Shown here: positions 1 to 7,928 of the stretch, one piece after another
Position numbering within the stretch: position 1 is the first letter of the stretch
Layout: each line of letters opens with the position of its first letter
Sequence record: MT708547.1
Length of the DNA: 64,000 nucleotides
Reading direction: 5' to 3' (one strand)
Position numbers and translations under genes: made by a program
The notes under the pieces: model-generated
Seen by the model: only the letters and a program-made list of their open reading frames with translations
What the model was told of the DNA's origin: nothing
The model's database searches: none

Positions 1-17
1 AGTCCGTTTATAAAGTC

Positions 18-31
18 GCACCCAGTGGGCT
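18..31 (-). repeat. Short-RNA core element (AGCCC-ACT-GGGTGC on - strand) at extreme left end
   Basis: gcacccagtgggct = reverse complement of family core; promoter unclear. Confidence 0.6.
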
Positions 32-149
32 ACATTTGTAACTATTCAGTACTGAATAATTCAATGCATATATTATTTCAGTACTTAATCATTAGCAAAC
101 TATTAATTTCAATATCTCCTTTAGATAATATTTCGTATCTTATATTAAC

Positions 150-208
150 AAAAATCTGAATAGCATGTCAAGAAAAATCTGGATTACCAACGAGAAAAAA
201 TCTGGATT
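150..208. repeat. Three AAAAATCTG(G/A)AT(T) repeats (another at 989-1000)
   Basis: 150-161, 172-185, 194-208; core AATC-TG-GATT is an inverted repeat. Confidence 0.7.
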
Positions 209-270
209 TTAAAAATTTTGAAATGTCGTTTATAGTTCAGGAAAAAAATGAAATTATAACAAGAAAATTG

Positions 271-299
271 TTGACATGGATATGCTGCCATTATATAAT
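271..299 (+). promoter_or_regulatory. Consensus sigma70 promoter
   Basis: TTGACA-17-TATAAT. Confidence 0.9.
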
Positions 300-305
300 G
301 TAATC

Positions 306-720
306 CTCAAGACGAGAGAATGTTCTCTCATAGAAAATGCGAAGAAGCCGAGTTTATCTGTCCCTGCGTGAGTGGGCTAACATTTGAATAGGACAATACG
401 TAGATGAATGAAAAAGGTTTAAAGGGAAGTATTTGATTCCCTGTAGTATAGTTAATGAGTTAGTACTGATATAGTTTAATCATTGAGTACTACTGTCGCA
501 AAGGGAAACCTTTGGCTTCCATGGGGAGTGATGACAGAAGGGCATTATCCTCCATATAGAGTTACTGCGAATAACTCCATAAGTTGGGTTGTGGCAAACC
601 TCCTAAAATAGTGAATCTACAGTACTACTGCTTGGTAGTACTGCTTTTAATTTAAAGAATCCTCTCCGCCAAGAAAGGTGCATGTAACTTGAACATGTGA
701 ACTACGGGAACAGTACTGAA
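306..720 (+). ncRNA. Candidate ~400-nt structured ncRNA
   Basis: Perfect promoter, no ORF, many stems (GAGAGAA/TTCTCTC, GTAGTA/TACTAC, CAAAGG-GAAA-CCTTTG, GAGTTA/TAACTC, CAGTACTAC/GTAGTACTG). Confidence 0.55.
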
Positions 721-791
721 TTATTCAGTACTAATTCCTCCCCAAATTCTGGATACAATGATGCTAGGCTTCAGTTAGTACTGAGTGAGAA

Positions 792-901
792 TGATAATGA
801 TTCTCATTTGAATTGGATGAGAATGATTCTCATTTACTATTGCAAATGATAATAGATTGCATTTACGAATGGTTCTCATTCGCAGATGATAATGATTCTT
901 A
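792..901. promoter_or_regulatory. Cluster of 3 strong + 2 weak Fur-box-like sites
   Basis: TGATAAT-G-ATTCTCA 792-806, TGAGAAT-G-ATTCTCA 818-832, TGATAAT-G-ATTCTTA 887-901; weak 847, 864. Confidence 0.75.
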
Positions 902-929
902 TTTGAAATTGATTTTTCCGATTTTTCCC

Positions 930-995
930 ATTAGCCACCCTTCAGCGTAGGGTTAATTTTTCCCCTGCCGAATCGGTTTTATATTTTCAAAATCT
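930..995 (-). ncRNA. Short-RNA family copy A
   Basis: - strand TTGTTT-17-TATGAT (1030-1002); ACCCT-8nt-AGGGTGG core. Confidence 0.45.
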
Positions 996-1036
996 GGATT
1001 AATCATATCAGTACTAACCAAGATAAACAATACCCC

Positions 1037-1051
1037 TTTACAAATCTTTAC
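1037..1051. promoter_or_regulatory. TTTAC-N5-TTTAC box (CpxR/RstA-like)
   Basis: TTTACAAATCTTTAC = revcomp GTAAA-N5-GTAAA. Confidence 0.6.
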
Positions 1052-1077
1052 AAAAAGATTCTAAATGTGAATACAAA

Positions 1078-1092
1078 TGATAATGATTCTCA
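1078..1092. promoter_or_regulatory. Fur-box-like site
   Basis: TGATAAT-G-ATTCTCA. Confidence 0.75.
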
Positions 1093-1099
1093 TTTACAG

Positions 1100-1149
1100 T
1101 ACTGAATACTTTTTCCCACGCCCTGGCGTCTCCGGTTCCTCCCGTCTAT
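1100..1149 (-). ncRNA. Short-RNA family copy B
   Basis: - strand TTGACT-16-TATAAT (1183-1156); CGG-GAGGAA-CCG stem, divergent core CGCCAGGGCGTGGG. Confidence 0.5.
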
Positions 1150-1251
1150 ATAAACATTATACAGTACTGAATAATTAAGTCAATACTATTTTTGCAAAAA
1201 GATTAAAATAAAATACTTGCAATCCTGGTTAGTACTATATTATAATGTTTA

Positions 1252-1300
1252 CAGTACTGAGAAAGTGCTTTTGCCCGCTAGGGTGCTGGGGAGTATGCGT
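1252..1300 (+). ncRNA. Short-RNA family copy C
   Basis: TTGCAA-18-TATAAT (1217-1246); GCCC-GCTA-GGGTGC-N6-GTAT. Confidence 0.55.
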
Positions 1301-1304
1301 TAAA

Positions 1305-1319
1305 TGATAATGAGAATCA
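1305..1319. promoter_or_regulatory. Fur-box-like site between convergent copies C and D
   Basis: TGATAAT-G-AGAATCA. Confidence 0.65.
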
Positions 1320-1334
1320 TTTACAGTACTGGAC

Positions 1335-1370
1335 GGATTTTCCCACCCTCGGGGGTCTCTTTTTGTCTAT
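1335..1370 (-). ncRNA. Short-RNA family copy D
   Basis: - strand TTGATA-16-TATAAT (1404-1377); CCCC-GA-GGGTGG core. Confidence 0.5.
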
Positions 1371-1409
1371 GTAGTAATTATACAGTACTGAGATACTATA
1401 TCAAGTCTC

Positions 1410-1424
1410 TTTACAAATCTTTAC
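1410..1424. promoter_or_regulatory. TTTAC-N5-TTTAC box
   Basis: exact TTTACAAATCTTTAC. Confidence 0.6.
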
Positions 1425-1522
1425 AAAGCACCCGGGGAGATTTTTCTTTACAATAAAAGTACTTGCATAATTCTTTCAGTACTGACATAATGACTACATC
1501 AACCAATTAGGAGTATTACCAG

Positions 1523-1735
1523 ATGGCTACCATTACGACCCTGTTAAAAAATGCAAAAACTGTATTATTCAGTGATGACGAACATACCAACGTGGATATC
1601 ACTGGAGTTAAAAACCTGTTGGATATCAAAAAGATGTTTTCTATTCATGGCAAACTTACGCGTGTTGGCACGTTCGGAAATAAAGTATGTTACCGCCTTT
1701 CAAGTGATTATAATTTCACACTAACTTTACTGTAA
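1523..1735 (+). CDS. Hypothetical protein, paralog of C-terminal half of 4362-4721
   Basis: SD + promoter; LKNAKTVLFxDDE shared. Confidence 0.85.
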   Translation: MATITTLLKNAKTVLFSDDEHTNVDITGVKNLLDIKKMFSIHGKLTRVGTFGNKVCYRLSSDYNFTLTLL

Positions 1736-1798
1736 AAGTACTTGCATAATTCTTTCAGTACTACTATTATATATTCATACCAAAACAGGAGAACTACT

Positions 1799-1969
1799 AT
1801 GAAATATGCATACTCTTATTTTATTGTAAACGGTGAACGTTTGACCATCGGCCAGGCCGCTGTAAAACATGAAATCATTTGCGATGATCTGGCGAAGATG
1901 CTACCAGGTGAAACGCAAGAGTTTTACAAAGGCTTTCAGAAAGTCGTTGTAACACGTTGCGAAGATTGA
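1799..1969 (+). CDS. Hypothetical protein (56 aa)
   Basis: AGGAG SD before ATG 1799. Confidence 0.75.
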   Translation: MKYAYSYFIVNGERLTIGQAAVKHEIICDDLAKMLPGETQEFYKGFQKVVVTRCED

Positions 1970-2034
1970 TCCAGTACTTGGGGCGGAAACGCCCCTAAAA
2001 CGTCCTGTAACGCATTGTAAGAGGTTTTTATAAT

Positions 2035-2262
2035 ATGGCTATAGAAGTTAACGCTGGGGATATAAAGTCGGCTGTACTGCGTACCCTGAAAGCATACGGC
2101 AGAAAGCTGAATGATCGCAACGTTCCCTATTATTTCCTTGCTGCTACTCATAAAATGGCAATCGCTGAGGCTCGCGGGTGGTTGAATGATCGCAGTACTG
2201 TAAAGAGTACCAGAACAAGAAACGCAATTGAGCGATGGATAAAAGAATTAGAACATTTTTAA
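2035..2262 (+). CDS. Hypothetical protein
   Basis: ORF with GAGG SD, followed by terminator. Confidence 0.7.
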   Translation: MAIEVNAGDIKSAVLRTLKAYGRKLNDRNVPYYFLAATHKMAIAEARGWLNDRSTVKSTRTRNAIERWIKELEHF

Positions 2263-2282
2263 TAATTCAGTACTGAAATTAT

Positions 2283-2306
2283 AAGGGGAGTTAATTAATT
2301 CCCCTT
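2283..2306 (+). terminator. Hairpin terminator
   Basis: AAGGGGAG-TTAATTAA-TTCCCCTT. Confidence 0.55.
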
Positions 2307-2319
2307 TACAAATCTTTAC
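2305..2319. promoter_or_regulatory. TTTAC-N5-TTTAC box 10 nt upstream of -35
   Basis: exact match. Confidence 0.6.
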
Positions 2320-2363
2320 AAAAGAATGGTTGACATAGTATTCCAGTACTGGTATTATGTATT

Positions 2364-2415
2364 CATAGACAGAACAAGTCTTTGGCCCACCGGGTGCGGA
2401 GGAGTATATATTAGA
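2364..2415 (+). ncRNA. Short-RNA family copy E
   Basis: TTGACA-17-TATTAT (2330-2358); GAC-AGAACAA-GTC; GCCC-ACC-GGGTGC-N6-GTAT. Confidence 0.65.
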
Positions 2416-2420
2416 TTGAA

Positions 2421-2441
2421 TGAGAATGATAATGATTCTCA
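2421..2441. promoter_or_regulatory. Extended Fur-box-like site between convergent copies E and F
   Basis: TGAGAATGATAATGATTCTCA. Confidence 0.75.
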
Positions 2442-2451
2442 TTTACTGTAC

Positions 2452-2499
2452 TGAATATATTTCCGCACCCTTTTGGGCTTTTCGATTACTTTCTACTTG
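2452..2499 (-). ncRNA. Short-RNA family copy F
   Basis: - strand TTGCAT-16-TATACT (2533-2506); GCCC-AAAA-GGGTGC. Confidence 0.55.
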
Positions 2500-2538
2500 T
2501 TAATAAGTATACCATAATCAGTACTGAATGCAATGGTC

Positions 2539-2553
2539 TTTACAAATCTTTAC
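2539..2553. promoter_or_regulatory. TTTAC-N5-TTTAC box
   Basis: exact match. Confidence 0.6.
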
Positions 2554-2650
2554 AAAAGAAAATAATTATAAAAAGTACTGAAAAAGTACTTGACGCAATA
2601 ATGTAGTACTGGCATAATACATCCATACCAAACAGAACGGAGTAACTAAA

Positions 2651-2938
2651 ATGTTTAATGAAAATGATCATATTGTTAAAGAGTTTTCTTTCAGTAAGCC
2701 GATCCATTTAGAAAACGGTGAAACGCTGGACAATAAATTTTATGGTAGTATTATTAAGCGTTATACATCGCGGAGTAGTACTGGAATTTTGTGGGAAGTG
2801 AATAAACAGTACAATGGTAATTCGCTGGTTGTCAATGAGTGGGAAAGTTATGCAGTAGCTGAAATGGATTTTTCAAACTTCATTACTGAATCTTTGAACG
2901 ATGATATTTTTTACAAGTTCACGGCGGAAAGGGTTTAA
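2651..2938 (+). CDS. Hypothetical protein
   Basis: cassette promoter + GGAG SD. Confidence 0.85.
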   Translation: MFNENDHIVKEFSFSKPIHLENGETLDNKFYGSIIKRYTSRSSTGILWEVNKQYNGNSLVVNEWESYAVAEMDFSNFITESLNDDIFYKFTAERV

Positions 2939-3054
2939 AAAGTTTTAAAGAGTACTTGACAACATAAACCAGTACTGTATAATGTATTGCATAGAAAGGA
3001 GATTCCAGAATAATGGAATCTCCGATAAAATAAACTAATCAGGAGTTAATTACC

Positions 3055-3666
3055 ATGAACGTTATCGATACCATCTATTCTAAATCTTTCGATGAACTGA
3101 ATGCAGAGCAGAAAGAAAAAGCAATTGATATTATGCGGGATCTGGAACGTCACGATTCAGATCCATTCTGGGCACAATTAATTAATGAAGATAAACGCGA
3201 ATTAATGAATAATGAATATGGTTTTACTGATACTGTAATTCATTATAGCGGCTTTTGCTCACAAGGTGACGGGGCGTCAATTAGTACTGAATCAATCGAC
3301 GCAGAGACGTTTTTACGCAAAATTAAAGCATGGTCGAAATTCCGTGTATTGCATAAACATTTCAATGATGGTACAATTACATTAAAGATCGAACGCAACG
3401 ATCATCGTTATTCTCATGAAAATACTGTTTCTGGTGTGGTGGATCTGGACTACGGCACTGAATTCACTGCTAAAAAGGAAGAGAAAGCGGAAGAACTTGA
3501 AACGCTTTTGACTGAAACTATTCGTGATCTTTCACGCCAGCATTATCAGGTTCTGAGCGATGAAAACGATTATCAAAATAGTGATGAAGCATTGATTGAA
3601 TTGATTAATGCAAATGATTATAATTTCAAAGTGGATAGTACTGGTAACGTATTGGGGTTAGCGTAA
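3055..3666 (+). CDS. Acidic conserved phage protein (YSGFxSQGDGAS ... SDEAxxExIxANxYxF family)
   Basis: motifs recalled from a widespread phage/plasmid family often loosely annotated 'antitoxin'; function unproven. Confidence 0.6.
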   Translation: MNVIDTIYSKSFDELNAEQKEKAIDIMRDLERHDSDPFWAQLINEDKRELMNNEYGFTDTVIHYSGFCSQGDGASISTESIDAETFLRKIKAWSKFRVLHKHFNDGTITLKIERNDHRYSHENTVSGVVDLDYGTEFTAKKEEKAEELETLLTETIRDLSRQHYQVLSDENDYQNSDEALIELINANDYNFKVDSTGNVLGLA

Positions 3667-3960
3667 TGACTAAATTATATATTCGTTTCTGTTTTGCCTG
3701 GTACTTGTATAATCTACAAAATGGTTATACAGTGAAATAATATATATTTTTACTGATATACTGTAAAACGTCCTGTAAACGATTATGGGACGTTTTAAGG
3801 AATATTGGTACAATGTTAGTACTGAATGATTTAAAACGGCTTACAGTGGCTTACAGAGCGTTTAAAAAGTACTTGACGCAATAATGTAGTACTGGCATAA
3901 TTCATCTATACCAAATAGCAAAGGGAATCAGTACTGATTCCAATATAAGGAGTAACCAAA

Positions 3961-4275
3961 ATGAGTACTAAAGAACTGAATGTAACTACCAACACTTATA
4001 AGACGTTATGCGGGCGGTTGTTACGTGATTATTACACGGTCGAAATCGAAGAACGCGAATTACCCGAAGATAAACACTATTGGGAAAGTGGTGTGAGTCC
4101 TCTGTTACGGGTAACAACGTCTAAGCATGTTTTCTTTACTTCCCGTATTCATGTTAATAAGCGTGTTGAATTGACTTTCTCTTTCAGTGGTAGTTATAAA
4201 GATCATGAGATATTAAATGATCATATCGTTATTAGCAAATTTATTCAAATGTACGGGGCGGATTCTTTGCTTTAA
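3961..4275 (+). CDS. Hypothetical protein
   Basis: cassette promoter + SD. Confidence 0.85.
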   Translation: MSTKELNVTTNTYKTLCGRLLRDYYTVEIEERELPEDKHYWESGVSPLLRVTTSKHVFFTSRIHVNKRVELTFSFSGSYKDHEILNDHIVISKFIQMYGADSLL

Positions 4276-4361
4276 GTACTTGACAATGCGATCCAGTACT
4301 GTATAATGTATTACATCAAAGGGGATACATAGGGTATCCCTGATTTAAAGGAGTAGCGACT

Positions 4362-4721
4362 ATGCGAGCTTTTAACGTTTATAAGAATGACAAAAAAATT
4401 GACGTTGTTTATTATTCCGAAGTAATGACGGCAAAAGAAGTAACCGATTTGCTGAATAGCCGCGGTGAATACAACGGCGAAGTAAAAGCATTTCGGTCAT
4501 TGAATAGTGCGAATATTCGCACAGTACTGAAAAATGCTAAAACTGTTTTATTCAATGATGACGAATATTTTAATAAAGATGTTACGGGTATTAAAAACCT
4601 GGAAGATCTGAAAAGCCTTATTGGTATTAAAGGCAACGTATACAAAGTGGGGGAAGTCGGATCTCGCCATGAATATAAATTAGCTGGAAGTGATTATAAA
4701 TTTTCAATCCTGGTAATGTAA
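4362..4721 (+). CDS. Two-domain hypothetical protein
   Basis: N-term AFNVYKNxKxIDxVxY domain + paralog of 1523-1735. Confidence 0.85.
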   Translation: MRAFNVYKNDKKIDVVYYSEVMTAKEVTDLLNSRGEYNGEVKAFRSLNSANIRTVLKNAKTVLFNDDEYFNKDVTGIKNLEDLKSLIGIKGNVYKVGEVGSRHEYKLAGSDYKFSILVM

Positions 4722-4722
4722 T

Positions 4723-4926
4723 ATGAAAGTTTATATTTTGGAAGTGGAAGAATGTAATTCATATTCTTACAGTGGTACACTATCACGTGTGGAGGCGGTA
4801 TTTGCCAGCGAGAAAGAAGCCCACACTGCCGGGATTCAAAAAGTAAAAGAAGGCTATGAAGGTTATAGCGTCGATGCTTATGATATTCAGGGCGATCTTT
4901 CAGTACTGAAAAATATGTTGACATAG
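4723..4926 (+). CDS. Hypothetical protein
   Basis: directly follows upstream stop. Confidence 0.75.
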   Translation: MKVYILEVEECNSYSYSGTLSRVEAVFASEKEAHTAGIQKVKEGYEGYSVDAYDIQGDLSVLKNMLT

Positions 4927-4949
4927 TTTTTTGTTACTGTATAATAATT

Positions 4950-4974
4950 AGGGGATCAATCGATCCCCTTTTTT
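4950..4974. terminator. Hairpin terminator
   Basis: AGGGGATC-AATC-GATCCCCT-TTTTT. Confidence 0.8.
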
Positions 4975-5043
4975 GTTTCAGTACTTAATTAATAATAGAT
5001 ACACTACCGCACCCTATGGGTTAGTGCCTTGTGTCCGGCTTAT
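4950..5043 (-). ncRNA. Short-RNA family copy G
   Basis: - strand TTGACT-17-CATAAT (5078-5050); GCC-GGACACAA-GGC; ACCC-ATA-GGGTGC-N6-GTATCTA. Confidence 0.65.
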
Positions 5044-5089
5044 GTAGTTATTATGCCAGTACTGCGAATATAAGTCAATAGGTAGTTTT

Positions 5090-5104
5090 GTAAAGAAGTG
5101 TAAA
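5090..5104. promoter_or_regulatory. GTAAA-N5-GTAAA box 11 nt upstream of copy G -35
   Basis: GTAAAGAAGTGTAAA. Confidence 0.6.
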
Positions 5105-5307
5105 TGCACAGGAAGCATTGTAAGGCGTTAATCTGTTGCTGGTGGCTGATAGTATAGAGAAGTGTTTTAGATTGATTGTAGGCCGTTGTAGGCGTTTATG
5201 AATAGTAAAGTACTGATATTGTTTAATGATCCCGGTATGTGCAAATTATTTTAATTTTTTTCATATTAGGTATTGACGGATTGTGTCAGTACTGGCATAA
5301 TGTATCA

Positions 5308-5375
5308 CATAGAGCGACGGGCAAGACAAGTAGTCAACCTGTAAGACATACGAAAACCAGGTGACGTTGCACTGA
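5308..5375 (+). ncRNA. Candidate ~70-nt three-way-junction RNA
   Basis: TTGACG-17-CATAAT (5273-5301); GCGACG/CGTTGC enclosing GAC/GTC and ACCTG/CAGGT. Confidence 0.5.
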
Positions 5376-5442
5376 TTCAGTACTGAATAATACATAACAT
5401 CTAAATGTTGACAGTACTGAAAAAATGTAGTATAATGATTCA

Positions 5443-5585
5443 CAGAAAGAAGCAATCCAGTAAGCATGGATTAGTGATAAACGTAGACCGGAATCACGAA
5501 AAACTTTCAAGGAAATACCCTTATATAATAAGGGAAGCGTTAAGCGTAGAACGTAAACGCGAAAGTCCTAGCCTTGAACTGAAAA
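5443..5585 (+). ncRNA. Candidate ~140-nt multibranch RNA
   Basis: TTGACA-17-TATAAT (5408-5436); AATCCA/TGGATT, GTGAT/ATCAC, TTCAAGG/CCTTGAA enclosing CCCTTA/TAAGGG and GCGTT/AACGC. Confidence 0.6.
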
Positions 5586-5708
5586 AGTAAACAAGGTAAT
5601 TTAAGAAAAAAGATTTAAAAAAGTAGTTGACAAGTACTAACGAGAATGAGATAATCTCTCTCGTTGAAACAAACAAACAATCTTAATCAAAACTTAAAGG
5701 TGAATAAA

Positions 5709-6209
5709 ATGGCTAAACTGAATTCTGTTGTTGTTGCTCTGATCGCTGGTGATGTTGCTGCTCTGAATGCTTCTTTCGCGTCGGTATCGATGGAAGATAT
5801 GAAAACTGTTCGCAATAACTTTAACGAGTTTTACTCGAAGTTTAAAGCGGCAAATGAAGCGGCGGAAGCGGCTGCAAAAGAGCGTAAAGCACAGATCGAA
5901 ACCGAAACGAAAGCCCTGGTAGATGCCCTGGTAACTGCTGGCCTGGATCTGGAAATGGCCGCCGAAGTCGCCAGCCAGAAAATGGCGGTTAAATATCCCG
6001 AACTGGCCGCGAAGCCGGAAACTGGTAAATCCTGGTCGTTTGAAACGGTATTCGTTAACCTCGACGGCGAAAAACTGGAAATTGGCACTAAAGGCAACAA
6101 AGGCAGCATGAAAGCACTTAAAGCGGCACGCGACGCAATTGCTGCCGGCGAGTACAAAGATCGTGCTGAATGGATCGCCGCACACGCCTGGACTGAAACC
6201 GAAGCGTAA
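5709..6209 (+). CDS. H-NS/MvaT-like nucleoid-associated protein
   Basis: Ala/Glu coiled coil ending ALVTAGLDLE (H-NS MLIADGIDPNE-like); C-term GEKLEIGTKGNK (MvaT GEVIETKGGN-like); high-expression codons. Confidence 0.5.
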   Translation: MAKLNSVVVALIAGDVAALNASFASVSMEDMKTVRNNFNEFYSKFKAANEAAEAAAKERKAQIETETKALVDALVTAGLDLEMAAEVASQKMAVKYPELAAKPETGKSWSFETVFVNLDGEKLEIGTKGNKGSMKALKAARDAIAAGEYKDRAEWIAAHAWTETEA

Positions 6210-6230
6210 TAATTCAGTCCAGTAATAATT

Positions 6231-6254
6231 AGCCTCCTAATTGGAGGCTTTTTA
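6231..6254 (+). terminator. Rho-independent terminator
   Basis: AGCCTCC-TAATT-GGAGGCT-TTTT. Confidence 0.85.
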
Positions 6255-6344
6255 TTTTTGTTCAAAAAAATATTTTAATTTATTTTTTGAACGGATTTCA
6301 AAAATCAGGTATAATAATAAAGGGTGTTAATTACAAAGACCCCC

Positions 6345-6400
6345 ATAGTGTTCGCTACGCTCACATAATGATCTTACTCGTTGCACTCGTAAGATCATTA
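6345..6400. repeat. Hairpins with TTCGCTACGCT / TCGTTGCACTC loops
   Basis: perfect 12-bp stem TAATGATCTTAC/GTAAGATCATTA 6366-6400. Confidence 0.75.
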
Positions 6401-6826
6401 TCCAATCGGCCTTTGGCGATTTCTTTTTGATTTCCTACGGAAACCAAACGAAACCACCAGCAAAGGCATATCCCTTTATTTGATTTAGTTAGTACTGCGA
6501 TTAATTAGTAATTCATTGCACTACATAGCAATCAATTCCTTTTGTAATAACTCACAGGACGCAATAAGACGCGTTTAAATGACTTCCCTATGTAATGCCA
6601 TTCCTTTTTAATAAGTCCTCTCAAAACGCGTTATAGTGCGTTATACGGCGTTTTTATAATACTCATCATTTCTTTTTCAAAAAGTACTTGCATTAATGAT
6701 CCAGTACTGTAATAATGTACTCACTGAAACGCAGTAAGTGAAGTAAGTAAATGCAAATAAGTACTTGACAAAGTGTTATAGTACTGGCATAATGAATACA
6801 CCAAAACGATTAAGGAGAAACACCAA

Positions 6827-7300
6827 ATGTTAAAACTTCATAAAGTACTCGATAACGCTGTTGTAACCGACTTTTTCCTGTCTCTTAACAACGAACCGAA
6901 AACAGCAAAAGAAATTGTTTTGAGTGGTTACGTTGCCAGCAAGTCAGAGATCGCACATTTGGAAAGTGCTTTCAAGTCCGGTGATGCATTATACAAAAAA
7001 ATGCAAAATACCATAGAAGATTTGCAATATATCAATTTACGTGATATTGTAGACAATAAATTGGATATTTCAGAAGAAGCACGCGAGAAGCTGGTAAGTA
7101 AATTATGTTACCGCTGCCGAACTGCAAAATGGAATCGCATTCGTAGTATTATTACTTACGATTTAAGTAATATCGATTCCAAATCAATTCTTGAACGTAT
7201 GTTATTAAATTTGCAAAGCAATGAATGGTTTTATACCGCTGCTCAATCTCATAGCGAAGAAATTGCATATATTCGTGATTATGTAATTTACAGCAAGTAA
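6827..7300 (+). CDS. Hypothetical protein
   Basis: cassette promoter + SD. Confidence 0.85.
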   Translation: MLKLHKVLDNAVVTDFFLSLNNEPKTAKEIVLSGYVASKSEIAHLESAFKSGDALYKKMQNTIEDLQYINLRDIVDNKLDISEEAREKLVSKLCYRCRTAKWNRIRSIITYDLSNIDSKSILERMLLNLQSNEWFYTAAQSHSEEIAYIRDYVIYSK

Positions 7301-7373
7301 TTAATAATTGATTAGCCATCATTAAAGCTGGTGGCTAACAGAATATTAATAACCTGTTGGGAGAATAATCTTT

Positions 7374-7643
7374 ATGAAAGGTATTAGTACTTTAATTGAT
7401 GCAAATACCCGCGTAGCTCGTTCAATGGTTGCTACGTCATTACGTGAATATACTGCAAGCGGGTATTTAGTATTCGCCGTAAATGGCAAATTGCAAGAAC
7501 GTAGAATAGCATTCAGTACTAAAGAGAATTGCCGTTATATTGTATTCAAGAAAGAAGCATACAAGATAGATTTACCAGCTAAACCGATCTCAGGCGGTTA
7601 CAATGTTGAAAGCCTTTATGAAAGGCCACCGTATACTGCGTAG
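7374..7643 (+). CDS. Hypothetical protein
   Basis: GGAG SD. Confidence 0.8.
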   Translation: MKGISTLIDANTRVARSMVATSLREYTASGYLVFAVNGKLQERRIAFSTKENCRYIVFKKEAYKIDLPAKPISGGYNVESLYERPPYTA

Positions 7644-7752
7644 AATCGATTTTGAGCGACTTTAATAAAAATATAGGGAATCATACTGATACCCGTTTAA
7701 AACAGTGTAGAAAGGCGTATAACGCGTTATACGCCGTAAGGGAGTGGATTCT

Positions 7753-7923
7753 GTGAAGCGTGAACAAGCTTTATTAACGCCAGAAGAGGCCCGCCGCTAT
7801 GAAATGTTTTCAAACCAGGAAACGATCAAAGCGGCACAATATAACCCGGTTGCTTGTACAGTACAAAGAAAAAATTTTGTACTGAATGAAGTAGAAAGTA
7901 TTATCAAATCAAATAAGGAGTAA
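7753..7923 (+). CDS. Hypothetical protein (56 aa, GTG start; not in ORF track)
   Basis: AAGGGAG SD, open to TAA 7921. Confidence 0.55.
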   Translation: MKREQALLTPEEARRYEMFSNQETIKAAQYNPVACTVQRKNFVLNEVESIIKSNKE

Positions 7924-7928
7924 ACACT

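Noticed and set aside
585-640. c-di-GMP-I riboswitch (GGCAAACC)
   Set aside because: The following GAAA hairpin and GGGACGCAAAGC segment are absent
2289-2298. ArcA box AGTTAATTAA
   Set aside because: Single AT-rich match inside a terminator loop; expected by chance
3760-3860. Pho boxes in CTGTAA repeats
   Set aside because: Periods are 10 or 12 bp, not 11
5405-5590. 61-aa + strand ORF
   Set aside because: Starts inside its own promoter, has no SD, and coincides with a structured RNA candidate
5694-6265. Long - strand ORFs (5694-6185, 5831-6265) and the other - strand ORFs in the track
   Set aside because: Shadows of well-supported + strand genes; no SD or promoter
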